From assembly GCA_964474885.1 (NCBI GenBank), contig CAYYWO010000002.1:60299-124298 (forward strand): a stretch of DNA of 64,000 bases, read 5' to 3'. Every line of letters begins with the position of its first letter. The first letter of the stretch is position 1. The DNA comes from Candidatus Hadarchaeota archaeon (lineage in GTDB: Archaea > Hadarchaeota > Hadarchaeia > Hadarchaeales > JAWBSP01). The notes under the pieces are model-generated. The model was not told where the DNA came from and did no database searches. It saw only the letters and a list, made by a program, of their open reading frames with translations. A program made the position numbers and the translations under genes. Positions 9,366 to 19,705 of this stretch are shown in pieces.

Positions 9366-10517
9366 TCATCGACTGACGAGTCTCTCGTATCTCTCAATCG
9401 CCTTCTTAGCAATTATCTTCCAGTCAAAATCTTTTACGATTTCCCTTGACCTTCTTCCCATTTTTTCGAAGAGGTTTTTGTCATAAATCTTCAAGACAGC
9501 ATTAGCAATCGCTTCCGGATTCGTTGGAGAAACCAGGAATCCATTTTCACCCTCTATAACAACTTCAGAGATATCGGTTGAAACATTGGTCGCAACTATT
9601 GGTTTTCCTGCGGCCATGGCTTCTAGAATGGTCAGGTACATGCCCTCATCTATCAATCCGGGAGTAATCGAAATGTCAGCCAAGGTGTACAATTGAAACA
9701 TTTTTTTATCCGGTATATTCCTGAAGTGTATGACTTTGTCCTCTAGTTCAAGTCTCCTTATCTGCTTTTTTATTTTCTGCTCTTCAGGACCTGTTCCAAC
9801 AAGAATTAACTTCACGGGTAATTGCTTGCTCAATATTTTTAATGCGTTTATCACAAAAGGAACACCTTTATGTGGCACTAAGCGATTTACATTCATTAAA
9901 ACCAAATCAGTCTCTCGGATTCCTAAATCTTTTCTTGTAATCTCTACGTTTGAGATACATTCGTCAATTAAATCCAGATCCACTCCATCTGGTAGCTTGA
10001 AAATTTTTTCCGGTGAGACTTTGAATAAACTAATTATATGTTGAATCTGCGAATCCCCAATTGATGCAATAGCATCCGCATATTCCAAGGTTAATCTTAT
10101 TCTGCGATAGGTCAGAATACGGTGATAGACTTTCTTTAGGCCTTTGAATTTAAATGGTTCTAAACCAAATGTTTGAAAGACAACAGGATTTCTAGATTCA
10201 AGTAAAACATAGGGGTAAGCCCCACCAGCTCCGTGAAGAATGTCGAACCTCAATTTTTCAAGATATCTCATGACATTTCGATTAAAAAAAGGGTACCAAA
10301 GACTCATCAACGGCTTTTTGTTAAAATTCGGAGGCAAGAACCTATACTTAATCCTCTCGTAGACCCAATCCCTCCTACCAGTTCCATCAAAAGAGGTCAC
10401 GATTTCGACATCTATGCCTTGTTTCGTCAGGCCCTTAGCTAAATTGTAGAAATATTTCTCCATACCTCCAAATCCATGAAACGGGAATACTGCTCTTGAG
10501 GTTATTACCACTTTCAT
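9366..10517 (-). CDS. GT4 family glycosyltransferase
   Basis: GGME, RLVPHKG, EGMYLTILEAMAAGKP. Confidence 0.93.
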   Translation of the reverse strand: MKVVITSRAVFPFHGFGGMEKYFYNLAKGLTKQGIDVEIVTSFDGTGRRDWVYERIKYRFLPPNFNKKPLMSLWYPFFNRNVMRYLEKLRFDILHGAGGAYPYVLLESRNPVVFQTFGLEPFKFKGLKKVYHRILTYRRIRLTLEYADAIASIGDSQIQHIISLFKVSPEKIFKLPDGVDLDLIDECISNVEITRKDLGIRETDLVLMNVNRLVPHKGVPFVINALKILSKQLPVKLILVGTGPEEQKIKKQIRRLELEDKVIHFRNIPDKKMFQLYTLADISITPGLIDEGMYLTILEAMAAGKPIVATNVSTDISEVVIEGENGFLVSPTNPEAIANAVLKIYDKNLFEKMGRRSREIVKDFDWKIIAKKAIERYERLVSR

Positions 10518-10709
10518 CCTTTCACTGGTTTTGATTTTTCTTCATTTCAACTGGATTCTCTCTTAGTTTAGCTCTTTTCAACCTCCACCAAATTTAACAT
10601 CTATAAGAGCGTCCTTAGCCTTTGTTCCTTTCATTCGCGTTAAGCATTGTCTCCAGCGAGGTTTCACTTGCTCCCATCCCCTTTGATTTACACTCAACAG
10701 CCCCCCACA

Positions 10710-11831
10710 TTATTTGTCTCCTATTTCGTGGATCTCTTTTATTGAATCGCAGACATATTCGACCTGCTTTTTCGTTAATCCAACTCCCGAGGGCAAGTAA
10801 AGTCCCTTCTTCGATAATTCTTCAGCGATAGGATATTTTTCTCCTTTGAATAACCCCATTTTTTTGAAGATTGGTTGCTGGTGCATTGGAATAAAGAAAG
10901 GTCTCGTTTCAATCCCTCTTTCCCTGAGTTTCTTCATCAACACATCTCTACTCATGCCAAACTCCTCTTCGATCAGGATAGAGTACATCCAATAGACATT
11001 TTTGGCCCAATCCATTTCTCTTGGCAAAGCTATACCGTCAATGTTCTTGAGTAGAGAATTGTACCACCTAGCTATTTGTCTTTTTTTCTCAATGAACTTG
11101 TCTATTTTTCTTAATTGTGCGACACCTATGGCTGCCTGTATGTTTGTCATCCTGTAGTTAAAACCGATATGGTGATGCAAAAAATGTCTCCTTCTTGAGA
11201 ACGCTAGGTTCCTCAATAGCTTTGCTCTCTCAGCTATTTTCTTGTTGTTCGTAACCATCATACCGCCCTCTCCCGTGGTGATTATTTTATTTGCATAAAA
11301 GCTAAAACATCCGACATCACCCAAACTTCCAACCTTTCTCCCCTTGTACTCTGCTCCGTGTGCTTCCGCGGCATCTTCTATTATGTATAAATCATAATCC
11401 TCAGCTATGTCGAGAATCGGTTTCATGTCTGCTGGATGTCCATAGAGGTGAACTGGTAATATTGCCCTCGTATTTTTGGTTACTTTTTCCGCTATTCCAT
11501 CTGGATCTATATTCCATGTTTTTGGCTCGGAATCTACAAGGACAGGCTTCGCGCCGCTATAGATAATTGCAAACACCGTTGCTGCATTGGTGAGAGTTGG
11601 GACAATCACTTCACTTCCTTTCCCTATCCCTAGCGATTCTATCGCTAGGTGCAGTGCAGTCGTTCCACTGGTTGTAGCTACTCCGTACTTTACCCCACAA
11701 AATTTACTGAACTCTTTTTCGAACTCTTCTAAATAGTTTCCTGCAGTTCCAGAGATCATCTTCTTTTTGATACAGTCTACGACATTCCTTAGCTCTTCTT
11801 TTCCCAATTCCGGCTCACAGACTGGAATCAT
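10710..11831 (-). CDS. DegT/DnrJ aminotransferase, GDP-perosamine synthase-like
   Basis: MIPVCEP start, SGTTALHL, EDAAEAHG, SFYANKIITTGEGG (PLP lysine). Confidence 0.88.
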   Translation of the reverse strand: MIPVCEPELGKEELRNVVDCIKKKMISGTAGNYLEEFEKEFSKFCGVKYGVATTSGTTALHLAIESLGIGKGSEVIVPTLTNAATVFAIIYSGAKPVLVDSEPKTWNIDPDGIAEKVTKNTRAILPVHLYGHPADMKPILDIAEDYDLYIIEDAAEAHGAEYKGRKVGSLGDVGCFSFYANKIITTGEGGMMVTNNKKIAERAKLLRNLAFSRRRHFLHHHIGFNYRMTNIQAAIGVAQLRKIDKFIEKKRQIARWYNSLLKNIDGIALPREMDWAKNVYWMYSILIEEEFGMSRDVLMKKLRERGIETRPFFIPMHQQPIFKKMGLFKGEKYPIAEELSKKGLYLPSGVGLTKKQVEYVCDSIKEIHEIGDK

Positions 11832-12234
11832 TTTTTAGGTACCTTTTGTCTTCTTGAATGCCTCTGTACGGTCCCTGTTTAACTTCAATGCCCTTAAAGT
11901 CTTCCAAAACCTCAATCGCGTGTCCCCCTTCAATAAAAAGTACTGTATCACCTTCACGCAAGAGAGCGCTTTTTATTTTTTCTCCTTTCTCATCGTAGAA
12001 GATGACTCTAACCTTGCCATACACTATATGTAAAACTTCTTGCACACTGTAAATGACTCTCTTAGAACGCCTGTGAATATGGGGCTTTATTTTGTATCCT
12101 TTTTTGTATTTTATAATCCCTAACTGCAAAGGGTTGTCTTGGGGGGTAAAAAATCTACTCTTTTTTGGCTCTAGCCCTTTTCGCAAAATTAACCCAAAAA
12201 CTTTACCATTTTTTTCAATCTTCTGAACCGTCAA
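11815..12234 (-). CDS. Cupin-fold protein associated with sugar-nucleotide clusters
   Basis: PHIH..QEVL..GGH..EVKQGPY metal-binding motifs; lies between gmd and the per-like gene. Confidence 0.8.
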   Translation of the reverse strand: MTVQKIEKNGKVFGLILRKGLEPKKSRFFTPQDNPLQLGIIKYKKGYKIKPHIHRRSKRVIYSVQEVLHIVYGKVRVIFYDEKGEKIKSALLREGDTVLFIEGGHAIEVLEDFKGIEVKQGPYRGIQEDKRYLKNDSSL

Positions 12235-12243
12235 CTAAATCCC

Positions 12244-13299
12244 CTACCTTTCGAATTTAAGCGTTCGGGATAGTATTCTATTTTCATTTGGGTAGTAAGG
12301 TGCATCCCATGGAAATCTCTCACCATTCAACCACCTCTCCCACCTCTTGAGGTCTTCTTCCACCATTATTTTTACAAGCTCGTTAAATTTTACCCTCGGT
12401 CTCCAACCTAGTTTTTTTCTGGCTTTGGTGGAGTCACCTCGGAGATAACTCGCTTCAAGGGGTCTGAAAAATCTTTTGTCAACCTTAACATACTCTTGCC
12501 AGTCCAAACCAGCAACCTCAAAAGCTTTCTCCGCAAATTCTTTGACGCTATGAGTTTCTCCTGTAGCTATAACATAATCATCGGGTTCTTTTTGTTGCAT
12601 CATAAGCCACATAGACTCAACATACTCTGGTGCGTATCCCCAATCCCTCCTTGCCTCCAAGTTACCAAGACGAACTTCTTTTTCTATGCCAAAGGCAATT
12701 TTTGCTACTGCGTTAGAGATTTTTCTCGTCACGAATTCTAACCCCCGCAAAGGTGACTCATGATTGAACAAAATACCGTTACAACAAAACATGTTATAAC
12801 CTTCTCTGTAAATCCGCGTTAACCAATAGCCATAAAGCTTCGCGGCTGCATAAGGACTTGCTGGTGCGAAGACATCTTCCTCATTTAAGGGCCTCTCACT
12901 CCTACCCCCAAACATCTCGCTCGTAGATGCCTGATAGAACTTGATGTTAGGGTTTACTTGCCTTATCGCTTCCAGCATTCTCGTAACGCCCAAACCTGTA
13001 ATCATTCCAGTTGCCACGGGCTGTTCGAAAGATGCTCCGACAAAACTCTGTGCAGCCAAATGGTACACCTCATCGGGATCTGAGATTTTAATAGCCTCTA
13101 CCAGAGAGGCACTATCCACCAGATCCGCTGGGATCAAGTTTACTTTGTCGAATATTTCTAGATATTGTAACCTCCAGAAATTGGGTGTAGATAACCTGCG
13201 GTAGGTTCCATAAACTTCGTAACCTTTTTCCAATAGAAATTTTGCAAGATATGCTCCATCTTGCCCGGTTATCCCTGTTATCAAAGCTCTTTTTGCCAT
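12244..13299 (-). CDS. gmd: GDP-mannose 4,6-dehydratase
   Basis: ALITGITGQDGAYL, QASTSE, SPYAAAK, LFNHESPLRG, RDWG. Confidence 0.96.
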   Translation of the reverse strand: MAKRALITGITGQDGAYLAKFLLEKGYEVYGTYRRLSTPNFWRLQYLEIFDKVNLIPADLVDSASLVEAIKISDPDEVYHLAAQSFVGASFEQPVATGMITGLGVTRMLEAIRQVNPNIKFYQASTSEMFGGRSERPLNEEDVFAPASPYAAAKLYGYWLTRIYREGYNMFCCNGILFNHESPLRGLEFVTRKISNAVAKIAFGIEKEVRLGNLEARRDWGYAPEYVESMWLMMQQKEPDDYVIATGETHSVKEFAEKAFEVAGLDWQEYVKVDKRFFRPLEASYLRGDSTKARKKLGWRPRVKFNELVKIMVEEDLKRWERWLNGERFPWDAPYYPNENRILSRTLKFER

Positions 13300-13801
13300 T
13301 AATTAGTCAATCGAATCCTATTAATTTTCAAGAAGAGCCTAACCCAAATGGGCGAAAACTCGGAGGAGGATATTCCTTCAAGCACTGTCCGCCGCGGAGC
13401 GTTGTTCACATTTGGAATGAAGTTTTCCCATTCCCACACTGCTGCTATTATTTCGAGCTTTCTACAAGTGCTTAGAAAGGAGGAAGGAGGCTATCTCAAG
13501 TCTTGGTAAGGAATAAAAAAGCACTACTGTTCTCAAACTCTCAACATTCATTCAGTTTTGGTCTTCGTGTTCTCATGTGCTCGCTATCGGTTGAAAATTG
13601 CGGTCTCTGCTGTTTTCACATTTTCCCTCACTTTAATTCTCTAAGTGTAGCGGGAATCCGATGACTTTAAATCTTCCGGTGCTATTCATCGCAATTGATT
13701 CTTTTCCCCTTCTCTTTTCTCTCCATGTTGGCCGGCAGTTATTCACACCCGCCCCGCTGTCGGCTACTAAATTCCAGGGCATGATCTTATACCCACAGGC
13801 C

Positions 13802-14428
13802 CTAAGCTTTTGATAACACAAAAAATATGTGGTACATATTCTCGGGAGGAACATAGGACTTGACTATCCTGAATCTCTTTGTCATGTATTGTTTGATCTT
13901 CGTAAGCGGGTATCCTTTTTTCCCAATCTCCCAATAATGCTGCCCATCAAATCTATGTTTCCTATGCAGAGGCAACTTCACGGTGATGTTCCTCTCTCCT
14001 ATAAATGGCATCTTCAGGCAAAAGCGGAAACTGGGTCCAGCGTAAGGTAGGGACAACACAACAAAACGTTTGGTGACGGTATGGAGTTCGTTCAACGCTT
14101 TTCCGAAATACCGAAACGGAAGGTGTTCTAGGACCTCTGCACAGAGGACAACATCAAAGGAATTCGGCCTAAATAGCTTTGTCAGCTCCGTGACGCTACA
14201 TACATAGTCTGGATTTAGGTCAGGATCTATGTCAACTGTTGTAACCTCCAGTCCTCTTTCCCTCAGGTAGTTTGTGACTGTCCTGTTCCCAATACCAACT
14301 TCAAGTACCTTCTTTCCCTTCGTTTCCAGTACTTCGTTTATTTGATACCAATAGCTCATCCATCTGTCCTTGGTATCGTAGTCCTTCTCGAAGTAATGCT
14401 CTCTACTGACTTGCAACCGGTACCTCAT
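13802..14428 (-). CDS. Class I SAM-dependent methyltransferase
   Basis: VLEVGIG, FDVVLCAEVLEHLP, HYWEIG. Confidence 0.88.
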   Translation of the reverse strand: MRYRLQVSREHYFEKDYDTKDRWMSYWYQINEVLETKGKKVLEVGIGNRTVTNYLRERGLEVTTVDIDPDLNPDYVCSVTELTKLFRPNSFDVVLCAEVLEHLPFRYFGKALNELHTVTKRFVVLSLPYAGPSFRFCLKMPFIGERNITVKLPLHRKHRFDGQHYWEIGKKGYPLTKIKQYMTKRFRIVKSYVPPENMYHIFFVLSKA

Positions 14429-15189
14429 TTCGATTCTCCAGAGCTCTTTAGCTCCAACCTATCTGCCTCTTTCAAGGACTCAAAAGTTCCAATGTCGTAT
14501 CTAATCCCCTCAAACAAGAAGGCACGAACTTTGTACCCATCCCTCCTCATGAGTTCAACTGAATCCGTGAGCCATATCTCCCCCCCTCTTCCAAGTTTTG
14601 TTCTCCGGATGAAATCAAAAATAACCGGCTTCAGAATGAGCAGACCAGCTATGCTGAGATACCTACCCCCGACTTTGTAGGATTCAGCCTCCTCGAGCGT
14701 CGGTTTTTCGATTACTCCCAGAACCTCGCCATCCGGACCGATTCTCGCTATTCCAAATCTCCTGGGGTCCTCGACGGGGTGTAAAACCAGTGTCGCGTCG
14801 GCTTCTCTCTCTTCATGGAACCTTATTATTTCCCTTATGACCTCGTAAGGCTTGAAGTAGTTGTCCCCGTAAATTACCACAAAATTCTCCTCGCCGATAA
14901 AATCCCTGCCCTGGTAAACCGCGTGTGCCGTCCCCTTCGGCTCTTCCTGTACCCTATAGTAGATGTCGACCCCTAATCTCTCGCCAGAACCCAAGTAGTC
15001 CATGATGGCCTCTTTTTTCCGCCCCACCACGACCAGCACTTTTTCTATACCACCGGCCTTCAGTACGTTTATCACGTGCTCGATTACAGGCTTGGTACCA
15101 ACTCTGATCATCTCCTTGGGGATGGCGAGGGTCAGGGGTCTCAACCGGGCCCCCTTGCCCGCTGCCAAAACAATCGCTTTTCTTATCAT
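14425..15189 (-). CDS. Sugar-1-phosphate nucleotidylyltransferase (RmlA/GalU-like)
   Basis: LAAGKGARLRPLT..PKEM, QEEPKGTAHA, EKP, DIGT. Confidence 0.9.
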   Translation of the reverse strand: MIRKAIVLAAGKGARLRPLTLAIPKEMIRVGTKPVIEHVINVLKAGGIEKVLVVVGRKKEAIMDYLGSGERLGVDIYYRVQEEPKGTAHAVYQGRDFIGEENFVVIYGDNYFKPYEVIREIIRFHEEREADATLVLHPVEDPRRFGIARIGPDGEVLGVIEKPTLEEAESYKVGGRYLSIAGLLILKPVIFDFIRRTKLGRGGEIWLTDSVELMRRDGYKVRAFLFEGIRYDIGTFESLKEADRLELKSSGESK

Positions 15190-15195
15190 ACAGAC

Positions 15196-16089
15196 CTACT
15201 CCCTGACACCCTTTTCGGCCTTGATCCTCTCATTGATTTCTTTAACTGCCTTCAGAAGCTTGGGTTCGTAGCCAAGCTCCTCGGCGAAAGATATGAACGC
15301 TTCCAAGTCCTTTGGGAGACACTTGCCCCCAAAGGCTTTTCCATGAATGGTTCCATACTTGCCAATCCGATCATCCATCCCCGCAACGCGAGCAACCAAG
15401 TTTGAATCTATTCCCAACCTCTGGCAAATGTAATAGATCTCGTTCCAGTAGGAAATCCGGCTGGCCAGGGCGCAGTTGCATGCGTACTTGATCATCTCAG
15501 CAGTCCTCAAATCGGTTCTGATGATTGGGATTTTCAGTGGCTCGTACAGCACCTGAAGGGTATCCCCCGAACGCTTGTCGAGCTCCCCGATTACCACATA
15601 CTTCTCGCTAAAGAAATCCCGGGCGTACGATTCATCGTCGGTCCAAGAGTGGTGGATTTCAGTAAGGAACTCTGGATTAACGCACACGCCAAAGTCCCGA
15701 CCTGCTTTCTTCCCCGAAAACTCTTCCAGAATGGGAATTATCACTTTCTCCGTAGTGGTTGGAATGACTGTACTCTTAATCACAACAAGATGATATTCGG
15801 CCTTTTCACGTAGGGATCGGGCGAGTTCTTCAGACGCTACTTTCACATATCGGAGATCTATCTTCCCCTGAGAGGTAGGGGTGGGAACACAGATGAAGGA
15901 AATCGACGATGACAGGATGGCATCTTTCAAATTAAGAACCGTGTTCAGACCCATTCCGGAAAGCTCTCGTAATCGATTGGGATTCGTGTCATAGAAAATT
16001 ACTTTATGCCCAAGCTTTCTAAACCCCCTTCCTACAGCAGTTCCAACAAATCCGCTACCAATTATGCTAATACTAACTCTCTCTCCCAT
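15196..16089 (-). CDS. UDP-glucose/GDP-mannose dehydrogenase family, short form lacking the C-terminal domain
   Basis: GSGFVG, CVPTP, IKSTV, NPEFL, GGKCLPKD; probable start ATG 16089. Confidence 0.85.
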   Translation of the reverse strand: MGERVSISIIGSGFVGTAVGRGFRKLGHKVIFYDTNPNRLRELSGMGLNTVLNLKDAILSSSISFICVPTPTSQGKIDLRYVKVASEELARSLREKAEYHLVVIKSTVIPTTTEKVIIPILEEFSGKKAGRDFGVCVNPEFLTEIHHSWTDDESYARDFFSEKYVVIGELDKRSGDTLQVLYEPLKIPIIRTDLRTAEMIKYACNCALASRISYWNEIYYICQRLGIDSNLVARVAGMDDRIGKYGTIHGKAFGGKCLPKDLEAFISFAEELGYEPKLLKAVKEINERIKAEKGVRE

Positions 16090-16266
16090 CCTCTTTTCTT
16101 TACTAAAGATGAAAAAGTTCAATCTAGAAAACTTCCTGTTTAAAAGAGCAAAGAGATTGACAGAAGAATGTCGGATTTCCAAAGTTTTTGGTCAGCGTTG
16201 CAAACATTTGACTTAAGGCACGTTGCAAAACCTAGCTGATTTAAAAAAGCGAATAAAGAGAACCGA

Positions 16267-16998
16267 ATGGAGAAGGTAAGCACAGGGATACCCGGATTCG
16301 ATGAGATTTTGCATGGTGGGATACCGAAGAGGAACGTGGTGCTACTGGCCGGAGGGCCTGGCACGGGGAAATCCATCTTTGGGTACCAGTACCTGTACAA
16401 CGGCCTGCTCAAAAACGAGGCTTGCGCGTTCGTTGCCCTAGAAGAACACCCCGTTCAGGTCAGAGTTTCCATGAGCCAGTTTGGGTGGAATGTCGAACCC
16501 TTCGAGAAGAAAGGTAAGTTTGCGCTGATCGACGCTTTCACGTCGGGAATAGGTGAGGCAGCGAAGAGGGAGAAATACGTGGTCCGGGCCGATGACTTCC
16601 CCATGCTGGTGGATGTGATCAAACAGGCAGTGCGTGAGACGGGTGCCGAGCGAGTGGTGGTGGATTCGGTGACCACCCTTTACATAACGAAACCGATGAT
16701 GGCACGCGGAACCGTGCTCCAACTGAAAAAGGTCCTAGCTGGCCTAGGGTGCACATCCATTCTCATTTCCCAAGTCAGCGTGACGGAAAGGGGATTTGGG
16801 GGGCCCGGAGTCGAGCATGCCGTCGACGGCATCGTCAGGCTGGACCTGGACGAAGTCGGAGGGGAGTTGCGGAGGAGCATCATAGTCTGGAAGATGAGGG
16901 GAACGGCCCACTCTATGAAGAGGCACCCGTTCGAGATCACCGACAGGGGGATTTTCATAAAAGCCGGTGAGACCAGTATCGTTGAGCAAGAGAGATGA
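16267..16998 (+). CDS. KaiC-domain ATPase (RecA superfamily, single domain)
   Basis: [33 protein letters not shown]. Confidence 0.92.
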   Translation: MEKVSTGIPGFDEILHGGIPKRNVVLLAGGPGTGKSIFGYQYLYNGLLKNEACAFVALEEHPVQVRVSMSQFGWNVEPFEKKGKFALIDAFTSGIGEAAKREKYVVRADDFPMLVDVIKQAVRETGAERVVVDSVTTLYITKPMMARGTVLQLKKVLAGLGCTSILISQVSVTERGFGGPGVEHAVDGIVRLDLDEVGGELRRSIIVWKMRGTAHSMKRHPFEITDRGIFIKAGETSIVEQER

Positions 16999-17420
16999 GC
17001 GAGATTCCCCTGTCACCCATAGGGAGGGAGGAAATCCACAAGCTTGAGTCGGCCTTACTGGTGGGTAGCATCTTCAGGCGGGAGGTCCTAGAGGCGTTGA
17101 GAAATCCTGAGGAGCGAACCACTTGGGTAGATTCCTTGGCGGTTGCAGCCGCGGCTCTGGCGAGGGAAAAGGCCAAGATGAGCGTCACCCAGATAGCCGA
17201 GGAGCTCGGGAGGACCGAAGCGACCATCCGGAACCATCTGCAGGGAAAGACCAAAGCTGGGCAGATCGTAAGGGAAACCTACGAGAGGCTTACCCGGGAG
17301 GGTCTGAAGATCGAGACCCAGGTTGCAGAGCTTGAGGAGGAGAGGAGGAAGCGGGAGGAGCTCGAGAAAAAGTTGGGCGAGCTGAAGAGCCAGCTGACAA
17401 GGCTCCTGGAATCGCTATAA
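16995..17420 (+). CDS. KaiC-associated HTH transcriptional regulator
   Basis: [32 protein letters not shown]; ATGA overlap with the KaiC gene. Confidence 0.85.
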   Translation: MSEIPLSPIGREEIHKLESALLVGSIFRREVLEALRNPEERTTWVDSLAVAAAALAREKAKMSVTQIAEELGRTEATIRNHLQGKTKAGQIVRETYERLTREGLKIETQVAELEEERRKREELEKKLGELKSQLTRLLESL

Positions 17421-17421
17421 A

Positions 17422-18807
17422 TCAGTAGGTCCTGGCCACCACGGCACGTTTTCCTTCCCTTCCACAGACCAAGCACTTACCCACCGATGGATCCTCGACT
17501 TCCATCCCCAGCATGCTGAGCCCCAGCTGTTCCTCAACTTGCCGCGCACATTCTTCCCTGCCGCACCAGAAGATGCGCCCGATCACCCCCTCCCCCTTCA
17601 ACTCCTCGAAGGAAGAGGCCTCGACTATCCTCTCCTTCAGCCTCTCCCAAGCCCTCCTCCGCAGCCTTTCACCGAGCTCCCCGAGCAGCTCCGGGATCCG
17701 GGCCTCCAGATCCGCCAGCGGGACTTCAAGCCTCTCCCTCGTATCCCTGGGGACTGCAGTCACCTTCCTCTGCCTGACTTCCTCCGGTCCGATCTCTATC
17801 CTGAGAGGCACGCCCCTGCGCTCCCACTTGTAGTACTTCTCCCCCGGCCTCTCCTCCCCCCCATCCAGCTGCACCCTGAGCTGCACCCGCTCCAGCCTCT
17901 CCTTCACCTCTCTAGCCAGAGGCAGTGGGTCGAAGCCCTCGAAGGGGATGGGGACTATGACCACCTGAATGGGGGCGACCTTGGGAGGGAAGCAGGGGCC
18001 CAGCTCGTCACCGTGGGTGAAGATCAGGGAGGCTATCACCCTCTCGGAAATCCCATAACAGGTCTGGTACGCCAGCCTGTGGTTCCCATCCCTGTCCAAG
18101 TACCTGATCCTGAAGACCTGAGAGAACTTCTGGCCCAAATTGTGGACCGTCCCGATCTGCAGGGTTTTACCCTCGGGGGACACCGTGTCGAAGGCTATCG
18201 AGTACTCCGCCCCCGCGAAGGTATCCCATGGGGGCCTCCGGGTTATCAGGTAGGGGATGCCCAGCTCGTCGAAGAACCGCTTGTAGATTTCGACCGCTTC
18301 CCTTACCTGCCTTTCGGCATCCTCCGCGGTGGCGTGAACGGTGTGCGCTTCCTTGAAGGTGGTTACCTCCCTCACCCTGATCAGGGGCTTCGTCATCTTC
18401 GTCTCGCACCTGAAGACGCTCACGACCTGGTAGACCTTGAGGGGCAGGTCCGCGTGGGAGCGGATCCAGAGGGAGAACATCGGGTACATCGCCGTCTCGC
18501 TGGTCGGCCTCAGCACCAGTCTAACGTCCAGGTCCGAGCCTCCCCCTCTGGTAACCCAGTAAACCTGGTCCTCAAACCCCCTTATGTGCTCTGCCTCCTT
18601 CGCGAACTGATCCTCGGGGATCAGCAGGGGGAAAAGGACCTCCTGGTGCCCCGTTTCCTCCAAGAGGCGCCTCAGGATCCCCAGAACCCTCCCCCTTAGC
18701 TGCATGCCGTAGGGGAGCCAGACGTACATCCCCTTGACCGGGTACCGGGTGTCAACCAACCCCGCTTGGTCCAGGACGTTCTCGAACCACTCCGTGAAAT
18801 CCTTCAT
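17422..18807 (-). CDS. proS: Proline-tRNA ligase, archaeal/eukaryotic type
   Basis: [29 protein letters not shown]-terminal ARTY. Confidence 0.96.
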   Translation of the reverse strand: MKDFTEWFENVLDQAGLVDTRYPVKGMYVWLPYGMQLRGRVLGILRRLLEETGHQEVLFPLLIPEDQFAKEAEHIRGFEDQVYWVTRGGGSDLDVRLVLRPTSETAMYPMFSLWIRSHADLPLKVYQVVSVFRCETKMTKPLIRVREVTTFKEAHTVHATAEDAERQVREAVEIYKRFFDELGIPYLITRRPPWDTFAGAEYSIAFDTVSPEGKTLQIGTVHNLGQKFSQVFRIRYLDRDGNHRLAYQTCYGISERVIASLIFTHGDELGPCFPPKVAPIQVVIVPIPFEGFDPLPLAREVKERLERVQLRVQLDGGEERPGEKYYKWERRGVPLRIEIGPEEVRQRKVTAVPRDTRERLEVPLADLEARIPELLGELGERLRRRAWERLKERIVEASSFEELKGEGVIGRIFWCGREECARQVEEQLGLSMLGMEVEDPSVGKCLVCGREGKRAVVARTY

Positions 18808-18852
18808 TCTTCAAATTCATCGCGGTCAAAAAACCACCGTGCGCCATTTTTG

Positions 18853-19704
18853 ATGGAGAGCGCCATTCTGCTCCTCTCCTGCCCGGACGCAAAGGGGATA
18901 GACGCGCGTATCTCAAGCTTCATCTGGCAGAACAACGGAAACATCGTCCACTTCGACCAGCACGTGGACGAGGAATTCCACCAGTACTTCGCAAGGATAG
19001 AGTGGACCCTGGAGGACTTCCGGATCCCGAAAGGTGAGATCCAGAAGGCTTTCGCGCCGCTCGCCTCGGAGCTCAGAGCGGACTGGAGGATCCACTTCTC
19101 CTCGGAGCGGCCGAAGATCGGCATCCTGGTTTCCCGTCACCTGCACTGCCTGTACGATCTGCTAGCGAAGTGGAGGGAGGGCAGGCTGAGATGCGAGATA
19201 CCCCTGATTATCGGGGATCATGAAGATGCCAGGCCCATTGCAGAAATGTTCGGCGTGCCTTTCCACCACATCCCGGTAAGCCCCGAGAGGCGCGTTGAGT
19301 CGGAAAAGCAGCAGGTTTCGCTCCTGGAGAGGGAGGGGGTGGAGCTCGTCGTGCTGGCCAGGTACGGGAAGATCCTCTCCCCCTACTTCGTGAACAGGTT
19401 CAGGAACAGGATAATGAGCGTGCATCCATCCTTCCTGCCCGCCTTCCCCGGCAAGGACCCCTTCACCCAGGCCTACCGGAGGGGTGTCAAGCTTCTGGGG
19501 GCGACGGTGCACTTCGTCACGGAGGAGCTCGACCAAGGACCCATAGTCCTCCAGGATGTGGTCAGGGTCAGCCACAGGGACAGGCTTGCCGACTTAGTGA
19601 GAAAAAGCGAGGATCTGGAGAAGAGCCTTCTGAGCGAGGCCGTCAGGCTCTTTTGCGAGAGGAGGCTCCTGGTCTACCAGAACAAAACCATCGTTTTTGA
19701 GTGA
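18853..19704 (+). CDS. purU: Formyltetrahydrofolate deformylase-like (ACT + formyltransferase fold)
   Basis: CPDAKGI, HCLYDLL, VLARY, HPSFLPAF, GVKLLGAT, LDQGPI. Confidence 0.85.
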   Translation: MESAILLLSCPDAKGIDARISSFIWQNNGNIVHFDQHVDEEFHQYFARIEWTLEDFRIPKGEIQKAFAPLASELRADWRIHFSSERPKIGILVSRHLHCLYDLLAKWREGRLRCEIPLIIGDHEDARPIAEMFGVPFHHIPVSPERRVESEKQQVSLLEREGVELVVLARYGKILSPYFVNRFRNRIMSVHPSFLPAFPGKDPFTQAYRRGVKLLGATVHFVTEELDQGPIVLQDVVRVSHRDRLADLVRKSEDLEKSLLSEAVRLFCERRLLVYQNKTIVFE

Positions 19705-19705
19705 G

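Noticed and set aside
13300-13801. 500-bp gap between the methyltransferase and gmd
   Set aside because: No recognisable motif, repeat or credible ORF.
2278-16260. Integrative element at tRNA-Glu
   Set aside because: I saw no integrase and no duplicated tRNA 3' end.
16267-17420. KaiC + HTH pair as a circadian clock
   Set aside because: Single-domain KaiC-like ATPase with a known archaeal partner; no kaiA or kaiB in the window.
17539-18699. 386-aa ORF antisense to proS (likewise 26726-27955 antisense to nrdD)
   Set aside because: Shadow ORFs from GC-rich codon bias opposite well-supported genes.
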